From the NCBI RefSeq assembly GCF_006345805.1, contig NW_021832805.1:1-32610 (forward strand): DNA of 32,610 nt. Direction: 5' to 3'. The number at the start of each line of letters is the position of its first letter. Positions within the stretch are counted from its first letter, which is position 1. A program made the translations under genes and the position numbers. Shown piece after piece: positions 11,527-21,514 of this stretch. The DNA is from Octopus sinensis (taxonomy: Eukaryota). Below the pieces are notes generated by a model. The model was not told the DNA's origin and searched no databases. It saw only the letters and a list, made by a program, of their open reading frames with translations.

Positions 11527-12121
11527 GTATATATATCTATGTGTATGTGTATGTATGCGTGTATTTGCATGTATATGTATATGTGTGGGTGTGTGTATGT
11601 GTATATATGTATGTATGTATGGGTGTATGTATATGTATCTATATATACGTATATATATATATATATGTGTATGTGTATGTATTTGTATGTAGGTGTATAT
11701 GTATATGTGTATATATATTTATTGGTGTATATGTATGGACTAGTCTTCTGTGGGTGTATTGAGGTATGTATGTGTAAGCGTGTAGACATGAATCTGTAGG
11801 TACGCGTACGTATGTGTATATATGTGAATGTATGTAGATGTATGTATGTATGAATATAACGCGTCCGTGCGTGTATGTGTATGAGTGTACGAATGAGTGA
11901 GTGTGCGTGCGAATGAGAGTGCGTGCGTGAGTGAGTGCTTGTGTTCGAGTAGAAAGATAAATGGACTTGCTGTCGTCCCCAGGGGGACGATAGCCAAGAT
12001 GCTTGTGACCCGCGGTCAAAGATAACAAAAGTAATAAATGAAGATAATAATAAAATTAAAATAAGGGAATGGGTTTGATGTGTATGTATATGTATGTACG
12101 TGTAGGTATGTATAGGTACAC

Positions 12122-12175
<54 letters not shown>

Positions 12176-12285
12176 GGACATGTGTGTGCATGTGTGTATG
12201 TATATATGTGTGTGTATGTGTGTATGTGTATGTGTGTGTATGTATGTATTTGTGTGTATATGTATGTGTGGGCGTGTGTGTATAT

Positions 12286-12333
<48 letters not shown>

Positions 12334-12435
12334 GTATATATATATGTGTGTGTATGTATATATATGTATGTATATGTATGTGTGTATGTATATGTGTGTG
12401 TGTGTGTGTATATATATACATATGTGTATATGTAT
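9005..12435. repeat. About 3.4 kb compound (TA)/(TG)/(TATG) microsatellite mosaic with embedded short unique islands and higher-order repeats
   Basis: Direct reading. Islands at about 9232-9425, 10120-10235, 11255-11420 and 11930-12075. Confidence 0.95.
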
Positions 12436-12644
12436 AAGTGAGAATCTCCTTATTTACCTAAAACTCTATTCTTCTATTTATTTTTTTATTCTTTTATTTA
12501 TTCTTTTATCTAATTTACCACTGACTCCTTGACCACTCCCCTAAGTATGATATTTTTGCGCTATGCCTACCCCCAAAAAGTCCCCCACCACCACCCCTTT
12601 AAACCTGCCTAATTGTAAAAATGCAAATACAATTCTTGTTAACT

Positions 12645-12695
12645 AGCTTCCTGATGATTTCTCTTGAATGAAACAGTTCTAGTCCTGTAGAAGCT
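12645..12695 (+). ncRNA. Type I hammerhead ribozyme motif (PLE 3' pLTR)
   Basis: Layout: agcttc-CTGATGA-tttc-tctt-gaat-GAAA-cag-ttctagtc-ctg-TA-gaagct. Stem I has 6 bp, stem III has 4 bp, and the triplet is GUA. Confidence 0.85.
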
Positions 12696-12700
12696 CCTTC

Positions 12701-12733
<33 letters not shown>

Positions 12734-12866
12734 ATAATATATATATATATATATATATAATATATATACATACATGCATATATAATATATAGACCGGAGT
12801 AAACACATAAATGTGAAACACAATGTGGAAAAAAGAGTACTCAAATACCAGTGGTAGAGTAATATG

Positions 12867-13001
12867 CTTTATTTTAAGCAGAGCAGAAAATTCAACAAAA
12901 TCTGTTACTCTGAGTTTTTGCTAGCAAAAACTGTCTGATGAACGGCAACGAGAAACTCAGAGTAACAGATTTTGTTGAATTTTCTGCTGCTTAAAATAAA
13001 G
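12867..13001. repeat. Inverted repeat (about 50-bp arms) with a central palindrome tttttgctagcaaaaa
   Basis: 12867-12917 is the reverse complement of 12953-13001 apart from a 2-nt indel. Confidence 0.95.
12931..12968 (+). ncRNA. Type I hammerhead ribozyme motif
   Basis: Layout: ctgt-CTGATGA-acg-gcaa-cga-GAAA-ctcagag-TA-acag. Loop 2 is a GNRA tetraloop, the triplet is GUA, and there is an A.A mismatch at the base of stem II. Confidence 0.75.
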
Positions 13002-13084
13002 TATATATATATATATATATATGTGTGTATGTATATATATATATATTATATATATATATATATATATGCATGAATGTATGTATA

Positions 13085-14030
13085 TATTTATAATACTCTA
13101 ACCCCACCAGAAAAAGAGAACCACAGACTCATACACAGAACACGCCACTCTCACATCCTTGTACCGTTCCTTAAACACCAATGCAAAACAATATCAAAGG
13201 AAGTCACCAGCGAGCATCAAATACGACGAATTATTATTTCACCCCAAAGCATGAAAATGGCAAAGAAGCATCAAAGAAAAATTCTAGGAGTTCCATACAT
13301 TTCCTTTGCAACACTTACAACACACATACAAGACAGAGTAAAGACAGCAGAGCGACATAGACATAATACTCAGGGTAAACAAAGATACTATGTTTAAACT
13401 GTGAATATGTTGAGGCTGTCACACTACGACCAATAAGAATCATCATTGTGTGTCGGAGTATGTAGAATGTTCCTTAGATAAACGAAGATATGATGTCGTC
13501 GAGAAGATGGATATTTGGGCTGTGCCACGTCCTTCATGCAAATATTTGCGTGCTATAAGAATTCTCGACCACGACAAAAAAAAAAGCAATAATATGAAAC
13601 TGCAATATGTATTTTTATACATGAATATCGGAAACTTTAAAACAGAGTTCTTGGTCAAATGACATTTTGTACTAATGCGACAATAGAGTGTTGGTATTTA
13701 GACAGAATACGAATCAAATTGAAAGGTATAACGTGTTTGTGTGTGCTTAACCGAGGGCAACCTGTAGCAAGATCGGGCCGACGGTGAGTAACCCTGTGAA
13801 GTCTATTTAGAATGGAGGTTGATTGGGGCAACCTGCAGGACGATAAACAAAACCTGTCAAAGGACGCTTGAACTTAGTTGAGACATCGTCCAACCAACAG
13901 CTTGTGAGTGAGAGATTCTTGATCCCTGGGGGTGAAGAGTGTTAGAACATCGTTCTAGGAGAAGGTAAACTCTTATATTTATTTTAAAAAATCAACAACC
14001 CCGAAGTGCAGCTGGTTGTCTGATTTTCTC
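13085..14030 (+). mobile_element. Decayed interspersed repeat ending in an RTE-like 5' UTR; paralog of 30855-31680
   Basis: Colinear similarity to 30855-31680 (e.g. ctcacatccttgtacc, gagaagatggatatttgg, gaagtgcagctgg). The motif ctaggagaaggtaaactc is typical of RTE 5' regions (from memory). Confidence 0.55.
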
Positions 14031-15194
14031 CTACTTTTGCCAACCTTGTCATGGCATACTTGGAAGTCCAAATATACGAACACGGAAGATTAAAATTTGG
14101 GGAAATTTTCCAAAAATGCCTACTTACCAACTGGAAACGTTACCTGGATGACTGTTTCATCCTTTGGCCACAGAACATTGAGCAACTCACAGAATTTAAA
14201 AACTTAATCAACAGTATTGATCACAGTATCCAATTCACTATGGAATACAACCACCAACAACTACCCTTCCTGGACATCTTAATAATAAAGAGAGATACTG
14301 AGATTGAAACCGACATCTTCTTCAAACCAACAGACTCAAAACAACATCTTCTATTCTCCTCTTGCCATCCAAAACATACTAAAATAAATATACCGTTGAA
14401 CTTACCGAGAAGAATTTGCACGATTGCATCAAATCCCGAAACCCGAGAAAGGCGACTTCAGGAACGTAAAACCTCATTACTAGATAGAAAATACCCGGTC
14501 TAATCAAAAATGGATTAGAACGTGCAAAAAATGATAGACATTCAAGAGTTACGGAAAACAAGGATATACCATGACAGACTTAAAACTCTATCTTACGTAT
14601 CAACACACAATCCAAGAAACGAGGAAGCATACAATATCATCCACCAAAACATACCCATCGTTACGAAGGATCCACGAATGAAAAAGGCACTAGAAACTCA
14701 CAGGATTATTAAAAGCAAGAGACAACCACAATCTCTAAAAAAATTACTCACCAGCGCCAAATTTCCCACCAAAAATGGAACCCCACAAGTCAAAAAATGC
14801 AACCGTCCTAACTGCGGAACTTGCAACTTCCTCTTAGAGGGCTCAATATACAAATTTAAGTAAGGCCTGACTTTTACCAGAAAAGACGACTTCACCTGTG
14901 CTTCGAAGAACTTAAATCTATGTTCTTAAATGTGGAGGTTATGGTGGAGACTACATTGGTCAAACAAGCTTAACTTTAAGGGATAGACTTACGGTGCACA
15001 GGGAACAAATCCGGGACCCCTCAACTAGGAAAATTCCCGTTAGCCAGCACCTAGACCAATGCCCCGTAGACAAAACCCTTAAATAACAAACGTTCCCTCT
15101 CTATCAATGCACTGGAAATACTTCAACCCAATTCCGATTAAATAAGGAAAACATACTGATTAAAAAATATAAACCAGAGCTAAATATCCTTTAG
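14027..15194 (+). pseudogene. Neptune-like PLE, 5'-truncated RT + Zn-finger linker + GIY-YIG, with frameshifts and stops
   Basis: Motifs in order: SPTFANLVMAYLE, WKRYLDDCF (YLDD 14141-14152), LPFLDI, KPTDSKQHLLFSSCHP, CNRPNCGTC (14798-14824), IYVLKC...YIGQT (14917-14966), KPELN, stop at 15192-15194. Confidence 0.93.
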
Positions 15195-15348
15195 AAAGAA
15201 GAAAAAGCAGTAAAAAGAAAAGAAAAAACACCCAATTTCAACAAAAAACAAACAATAAAATTTTAGTAACAATCTTCCAACTGGGTTTCGAAACCGCAGC
15301 TCCAAATCGCCACACAAACACTTGATGCTAACGTCACCCACCTCCAGT

Positions 15349-15589
15349 CCAATGAAATTCCACAAACACCAGTTACTGACGTCACATAATTCCAAACCAA
15401 TCAAAACCGAACTTCACCGAATACAACGAAAAGACTCTTTAAGAAAACCAACCAACCGGAACGACCTTTAACCGTATCCTGCAAAGAAACCAACCAATCA
15501 GAACGACAAGCTTGACCACGGAAGAAAAACGTCATTAGTATTTTAACGAATCAAAATCAGATCCTCTCGCAGAAAAAAAATTATAAATA
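15349..15589 (+). promoter_or_regulatory. Pol II promoter-like cluster in the PLE 3'/pLTR region
   Basis: CCAAT at 15349, 15397 and 15494, CRE TGACGTCA at 15377-15384, and TATAAATA at 15582-15589. Confidence 0.4.
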
Positions 15590-15799
15590 CATCTTCCCCT
15601 AAAATATACCATTGCAAGCGGAAGCGACAGTTTAGAGATCTCAGAAACCGTAATTTCCCCCCTTTTTACTATTTCAATTCTCACACTGTTCTTTTTCAGT
15701 ATGACTTGTCGACCACCACTGAAATTACTGAACCTTGTACATTCTAACAAATTAATATACAGTTTTAATTTACACCTTGTGTTTTGAACATGATAATTT

Positions 15800-15888
15800 A
15801 TCAACATTGAAACATTTTAATTTAACAACATTGAAACATTTCAGTTTGTCAAGATTTAAACATTTTGATTTGTCAACATTGAAACTTA
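15800..15888. repeat. Short imperfect tandem repeat, about 22 bp x4 (caacattgaaacattt)
   Basis: Direct reading. Confidence 0.8.
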
Positions 15889-16031
15889 TAACGATGTTTT
15901 TCTAATTTTACACTTTTACCATTGATAAACAAAAATATTGTTGAAACTAGTTTGGTATATATGTAAATAAATGTATTTTAAACATTTACGAGTTTTTGAA
16001 ATTTAAGTGCATTCTTAGCAACACATTCTCC

Positions 16032-16072
<41 letters not shown>

Positions 16073-16280
16073 CAATAAGAAAATGGAGGGCATCAATAAG
16101 TGGTCCATCAACTTTTAATTATTATATTATGTTAACTTATTTATTTACTAAACTTACAATTACAAGAATATACATACATGTATAACATATTATGCTTTAC
16201 ATATAAGATATACAATATATTAATATATAAGAATACCAGTAATTATTACAATATAACATGCATGAATATAAATTGGGAAA

Positions 16281-16409
16281 ATAACTTACAGCTGTTTCAG
16301 CCAAGAGGCAAAAATACCTCATTCCACTTTTATTACTCAAGTAAACTGAAGAAATAGGTAGATGAAATTGAGGTACTTGGGTGTTTCTCTAGGCTTCGTC
16401 AGAGATTAT
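16281..16409 (-). ncRNA. Type I hammerhead motif with long stem II; related to 535-687
   Basis: Reverse complement reads ataatct-CTGACGA-agcctagag...ctcttggct-GAAA-cagctg-TA-agttat. It shares the upstream tgtactttataatct and the internal tacctca/tgaggta hairpin with the 535-687 family. Confidence 0.75.
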
Positions 16410-16860
16410 AAAGTACATAATGTTAAGTTATAAATAAATATAAATATAAAATAAATAAAATACACCCACATTTAAATATTTATATATATAGATATACATA
16501 TGCAAACATATATAAATATACATAAATACTTATTTATATACTCAAATGTACATACATATTTACATTTACAAGCATACACAATAATCAGTTATTACTAATA
16601 TCATTAATATTAGATGCATTCTATTATCCACATTAGGTATAATATAGAATATAAAATATAAACAGATAGTTTTGAAAGTTATAAGAATAGTAATTTTACA
16701 ATCAATATATCTTAAAGTTATTACAGTTATGTCAGAACGAAACTGCTTACACATGAGGAACGTATATATGCATATGCACACATAAATGCACGCACATATA
16801 CATATATACTTATATATTTTCCCATTCAAACATACTTTTATGTACATACGTATATTGTTC

Positions 16861-16912
<52 letters not shown>

Positions 16913-17329
16913 AGTTCAGCAACAATTTAGATTCAAATGAATATGGTACTTAATTTAGATGCACCAGAATTTTGTATGGTGTTATCCATAAAAATTTGCG
17001 GGGTGATTATAATAAAAAATAAGCAACAAGAATGAATCCGGTAATTTGGTACAATTGTTTCGCACTATATCATTTTATTAAAAGTTGTAAGTCTTACAGC
17101 AGATTTAAGATGCTGAGTGCTCATGAGCCAATTATATATTATTATTTTTGATGTGTATATATATATATAACATGGGTTAGACTTCAAACTGCATCCGGTA
17201 GTGGATGCCTTCGTATGAAAGTTCATGGCTTTTGAGGAGTGTGGAATCATCTCTTACCTACTGGTGTTCCCAGCTCTAGTCTCAGCCAGAGTCGTAGCAC
17301 GTGTTAGGGGCGCAGATATCGGTTAACTA

Positions 17330-17737
17330 TCAGGCTGAGTAAGAAGTAAGCAACGTTTCGAACTATGAAGAATTTGCACCAGATTTTTGCAGAGTTTCGA
17401 AGATTTTTGGGACTGTTTTTGGCAATTGTCTGATAATATAGACATAGACTTGCCCAAAGGTATCAATAAATTAACATTGATGTTTTTTTCACCGTTGTTA
17501 CATTCATTTGAAATGGAAATGTCAAAGAGCGATATTCGAGCAATTTTGCTATGCAACCTGAAAAAAGGATGTAAATCAGCTGAAACTGCTCGCGATGTCA
17601 ACGAAACGTTTGGTGAGGAAATGACCAGTGAGTGGTCAGCTCGAAAATGGTTTAAACGATTTCGCAGTGGAGACCTGAGCCTTGAAGAATGTGAGCGTAG
17701 TGCACCCCAATCTGTCAGCGATGACGGTCAACTTCGA
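17330..17737 (+). mobile_element. mariner 5' fragment: TIR plus transposase N-terminal HTH
   Basis: TA-flanked TIR tcaggctgagtaagaagtaagcaacg. ATG at 17513 begins MEMSKSDIRAILL...AETARDVNETFG...ARKWFKRFRSGDLSLE...R. Confidence 0.88.
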
Positions 17738-17946
17738 ATGCCTTTTTATGATCCAATCTAAATAAAACTACGCGAATGCCACTTGTGGCTTGAACAACAA
17801 GACTCTTTGAGGCTGCGTCACTCGCTACAGATTAAGCATTCGGAGACGAGTCATACCGCCGACGACTCAAATACATTGAATTCCCTACCCGACTGTCTCG
17901 GCGTTGGAATACTTGCATTCTAACGAAATCTACAATTATATGATAC

Positions 17947-18120
<174 letters not shown>

Positions 18121-18476
18121 AACACAGAACATTTTGGTTATCATAAATTTGTTCTCAGTAGAAACATTTTTAGTAGATTAAGAGTAAATATATTCGAATA
18201 ATCTTTAACATCATATTTGTTATGAACTAACCAATAAAAACAATAGACTGCATTAAATGAAACTCTGCAGTATTGCCCTGTACACATGTTGAACAAACAA
18301 AATTGTCCCCTAAATGAATATTAAAACAGAGTCGGAGAAATAAAGAAGTAAAACGAATACAAACGTAAATTAGAATCTTACGAGAAACTGGAATTTCTGT
18401 TTCAGTTTACAAATTTCTGCTGATGTCAGTAAAATATTTTGATGAGTATTGCGTGACAGTCTGAGATCATCTCCAT

Positions 18477-18540
18477 CCAATCACAAAAGGTGTCATTTAA
18501 AAGGTGACACCCACAATTATTGTAATATCAATCTGATTGG
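18477..18540 (+). promoter_or_regulatory. Candidate proximal promoter of the C4-like gene
   Basis: CCAATCA (18477) and TGATTGG (18534) flank the inverted pair GGTGTCA-N9-TGACACC (18489-18511), about 160-220 nt upstream of the ATG. Confidence 0.3.
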
Positions 18541-18700
18541 TTCCTGAATTTACGATTAGATTTTCGGCAGAGCTGGCGTGATGTAGGTGAAATAGATAAA
18601 ACAAAATACGAAGACAGTTACACTCTTCAGCTTACATCCACTTCAGGTCTATCATTGAACCAACACGAAATATCATTTTGCACGGATAACCACCATCAGA

Positions 18701-18844
18701 ATGGACTTGGCAAAATTGTCGAGGAACGTTTCGCAACGGCTTTCCATTTCTTCTCTGATAGGTTTTGCATTATTTCTCGTTCTGGCCATAACGATACTAT
18801 ATCAAGATTCAAGGATAGCAAAAATGGAAGAGAAATCAAATACA
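18701..18844 (+). CDS. Coding exon 1 of short-chain collagen C4-like protein (cytoplasmic tail, TM/signal anchor, stalk)
   Basis: Strong Kozak context agaATGg with an upstream in-frame stop. Encodes MDLAKLSRNVSQRLSISSLIGFALFLVLAITILYQDSRIAKMEEKSNT, then a phase-0 donor GTAAGT at 18845. Confidence 0.78.
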
Positions 18845-18899
18845 GTAAGTAAGGAGCGAAGGGCCTTTTCTTATTTCGAATGCAAATGCTAAATTCCGA

Positions 18900-19184
18900 A
18901 ATACATACATCAATACATACAAAAATAACTACATATTACATACATGCATGCATACACACATATACACACATACGTATATACATACATGTATACATACATA
19001 GATACATACATACATACATACATACATACACACATACATACATACATACACACACACATACATACATACATACACAACACATACATACATACATACATAC
19101 ATACATACATGCATACATATATACATACGTATATACATGCATGCTTACATACATACATACATACATACATACATGCGCGAATAC

Positions 19185-19231
<47 letters not shown>

Positions 19232-19250
19232 TGTGTGTGTGTGTGTGTAT
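18900..19250. repeat. (CATA)n/(TG)n microsatellite
   Basis: Direct reading. Confidence 0.97.
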
Positions 19251-19260
19251 GCATAATATA

Positions 19261-19440
19261 TACGAGGGGCTGCGGAAAAGTTGTTGGTTTGTGTAAAAGG
19301 AAATACAGGGGTTTCAGTTGATTACGATTTTATTGAACCTATTCCCCTTTCAAATTCACACTCTCACTGCAGTGGTCCTTCAACTTGTCTAAGCCCTGTA
19401 AAAAGAAGTCGAAAAGCTGGACCCGCAACTAGACTTCTGT
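19261..19440 (+). mobile_element. mariner-type non-autonomous element, left end
   Basis: Starts TA-cgaggggctgcggaaaagtt, similar to the TIR at 6102. The right end was not identified. Confidence 0.45.
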
Positions 19441-19504
19441 TCTGCTGATCACACCACTAACTTTACAGCACGCGTAATATATGTATGTATATATACATAT
19501 ATAC

Positions 19505-19680
19505 AAATATATAAAGAATGGCCATAATAGGACATTCAACTCACTAGAAAGAGCAGCAAAACTCCAAACCACTAATTTTTTATTTCTTTCCATTTCAGAA
19601 TTACAACTATTAGTGGTTTGGAGTTTGGCTGCTCTTTCTAGTGAGTTGAATGTCCTATTATGGCCATTCCTTATATATTT
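19505..19680. repeat. Inverted repeat, 72-bp arms, 32-nt spacer
   Basis: 19505-19576 versus the reverse complement of 19609-19680: 70/72 identical by manual comparison. Confidence 0.95.
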
Positions 19681-20120
19681 GAATGTATATTATATAGTCT
19701 ATTGACTATCTTTTCTTTCTCACTTGACCGCTGGTAGCGGAGAATTTTTCTAGAATTTTTTGCTACCCTTAAATTTATTGATATATATATATATGTATAT
19801 ACTATATTAAGTTAGAGATAAAGCCACTATTAGGCAAATCAAACAGTGAAAAACATAAACGAATACATAGAAATAAAATTAATTAATATAATATACAAAA
19901 TATATAAAATATAATATTCAAAATTTAAATTATCTAAATTTAAAGTTAAAATTTTTAAAATTATTTAAATTATTAATTTATACTAAAATTTTTTATATAC
20001 TATATATATATATGTGTGTGTGTGTGTATGTGTATACACACACATGTTTTTGTGACCGCGTGTGTATCGTTGGCAATTTTTTCCCTCCGTCTACCCTTCC
20101 TTGGATCTTTCCTTTCCCTA

Positions 20121-20157
20121 TGATTCTGACGAAGAGCTCCGCTCGAAACGTTATATC
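20121..20157 (+). ncRNA. Minimal (dimer-type) hammerhead motif, sense strand of intron 1
   Basis: Layout: tgatt-CTGACGA-a-gagc-tcc-gctc-GAAA-cgtt-atatc. Stem III is reduced to the palindrome ACGU and stem I is weak in this copy. Confidence 0.65.
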
Positions 20158-20261
20158 CTCCTTCTTTCTTTCCTTTCCTGAGCGTCCAATAACTCTATAC
20201 TTGTTACACGTCCTCGCGTTGTTGTGTTTTGTCTCTGTGATTTCATGCTTGAATTAATTAT

Positions 20262-20321
<60 letters not shown>

Positions 20322-20361
20322 CATATATATATATATATATATACATAAATATATCTATGGA

Positions 20362-20539
20362 TATACAAATATTCTATAATTATAAACGTAATTACAGTTA
20401 GGGGTCAGCTAATTTCTATTATACATCTGAACTGCATATTGTCACTGACAAATACAGTAAAAAACAAAACAAAACAGAAAAGTGTGTTACTGTCGCGCCG
20501 TAACTATAATTATGTTTATAATTATAGAATATTTGTATA
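20362..20539. repeat. Inverted repeat, 39-bp arms, 100-nt spacer
   Basis: 20362-20400 versus the reverse complement of 20501-20539: 37/39 identical. Confidence 0.9.
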
Positions 20540-20641
20540 ATTTTACCTATAAATGTTATTTTAATGTACCCATCTACTTTCTAAAATTATTAATTAATTT
20601 ATTGATAAATTAATTAATTTTACCCTTTTATCATAAATTTG

Positions 20642-20680
<39 letters not shown>

Positions 20681-20682
20681 TA

Positions 20683-20728
<46 letters not shown>

Positions 20729-20900
20729 TTATTCAAAGAAATTCCAAATCTGTTTTTTATGTTTTATTTTTATTATTTATAATATTAATGTAGAATATAG
20801 AATATAGAATATATAGTATACATAATATATATATAGTAAAATGAAATGAAGTATTGATTGTCTTATAGAATAGATGAAATATTGAATATCAAATATTAAG

Positions 20901-20942
20901 GGACTAGTATACTTTCTTGCATTTAAGCAGTCTTCAAGGTCC
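20901..20942 (-). ncRNA. Variant hammerhead motif with an extra U in the core (CUUGAAGA)
   Basis: Reverse complement reads ggac-CTTGAAGA-ctgc-ttaaat-gcaa-GAAA-gtatac-TA-gtcc. Stem III region is the palindrome AGTATACT and the triplet is CUA. Confidence 0.6.
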
Positions 20943-20963
20943 AGGATATGTATATCTATATGG

Positions 20964-21017
<54 letters not shown>

Positions 21018-21073
21018 CAAACAAGGAAAGACTTAATCAATACATAAAATTTTAATATAAATTAAATAAACCG

Positions 21074-21116
21074 CCACTACAATGTTTCATGTCTGCTACC
21101 GACAATCTTCAGGTGG
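21074..21116 (-). ncRNA. Type I hammerhead motif, left arm of palindrome
   Basis: Reverse complement reads ccac-CTGAAGA-ttgtc-ggtagca-gacat-GAAA-cattg-TA-gtgg. Confidence 0.75.
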
Positions 21117-21171
21117 ATTTTCGATTTTCTAATCAGTATCAAATTTTGATACTGATTAGAAGATCGAAAAT

Positions 21172-21215
21172 CCACCTGAAGATTTTCGGTAGCAGACATG
21201 AAACATTTGTAGTGG
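21172..21215 (+). ncRNA. Type I hammerhead motif, right arm of palindrome
   Basis: Layout: ccac-CTGAAGA-ttttc-ggtagca-gacat-GAAA-catttg-TA-gtgg. There is one more stem II mismatch than in the left arm. Confidence 0.68.
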
Positions 21216-21387
21216 CGGTTTATTTAATTTATATTAAAATATTATGTATTGATTAAGTCTTTCCATGTTTGGTTTTAAAATAGTGGTTTTGTCTCGAATT
21301 ATATTATATAATATTTTACTATAAAATTGGATTTAACCCTAAATCTGATTTTTCCCTGTAATTTTGGATTCATTCCCTAATATTTAT

Positions 21388-21419
<32 letters not shown>

Positions 21420-21514
21420 ATATACATGCATATGTATATACATATACTTAGACACACACACACATATATATATATATACATATATACACATTTGGTATAT
21501 GTATATATGCATAT

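Larger units (their letters stand above)
21013..21276. repeat. Near-perfect about 264-bp palindrome
   Basis: Arms of about 131 bp with 5 differences by manual comparison and essentially no spacer (centre about 21144). Confidence 0.97.

Noticed and set aside
3534-12844. Dozens of MYVC/HTYI/IYIY ORFs in the supplied track (also 17904-19321 and 21809-22399)
   Set aside because: These are translations of stop-free microsatellites, with no splice or domain support.
15800-15888. Short about 22-bp repeats, superficially array-like
   Set aside because: No unique spacers, no cas genes and a eukaryotic context; not CRISPR.
16345-16375. Plus-strand CTGAAGA...GAAA inside loop II of the minus-strand HHR
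   Set aside because: No credible stems I-III; chance match.
17185-17327. Possible decayed 3' half of another SINE
   Set aside because: Single degraded copy in the window, recognised only from memory.
19720-19750. Hairpin ccgc-tggta-gcgg preceded by cttga
   Set aside because: Core too degenerate to call a hammerhead.
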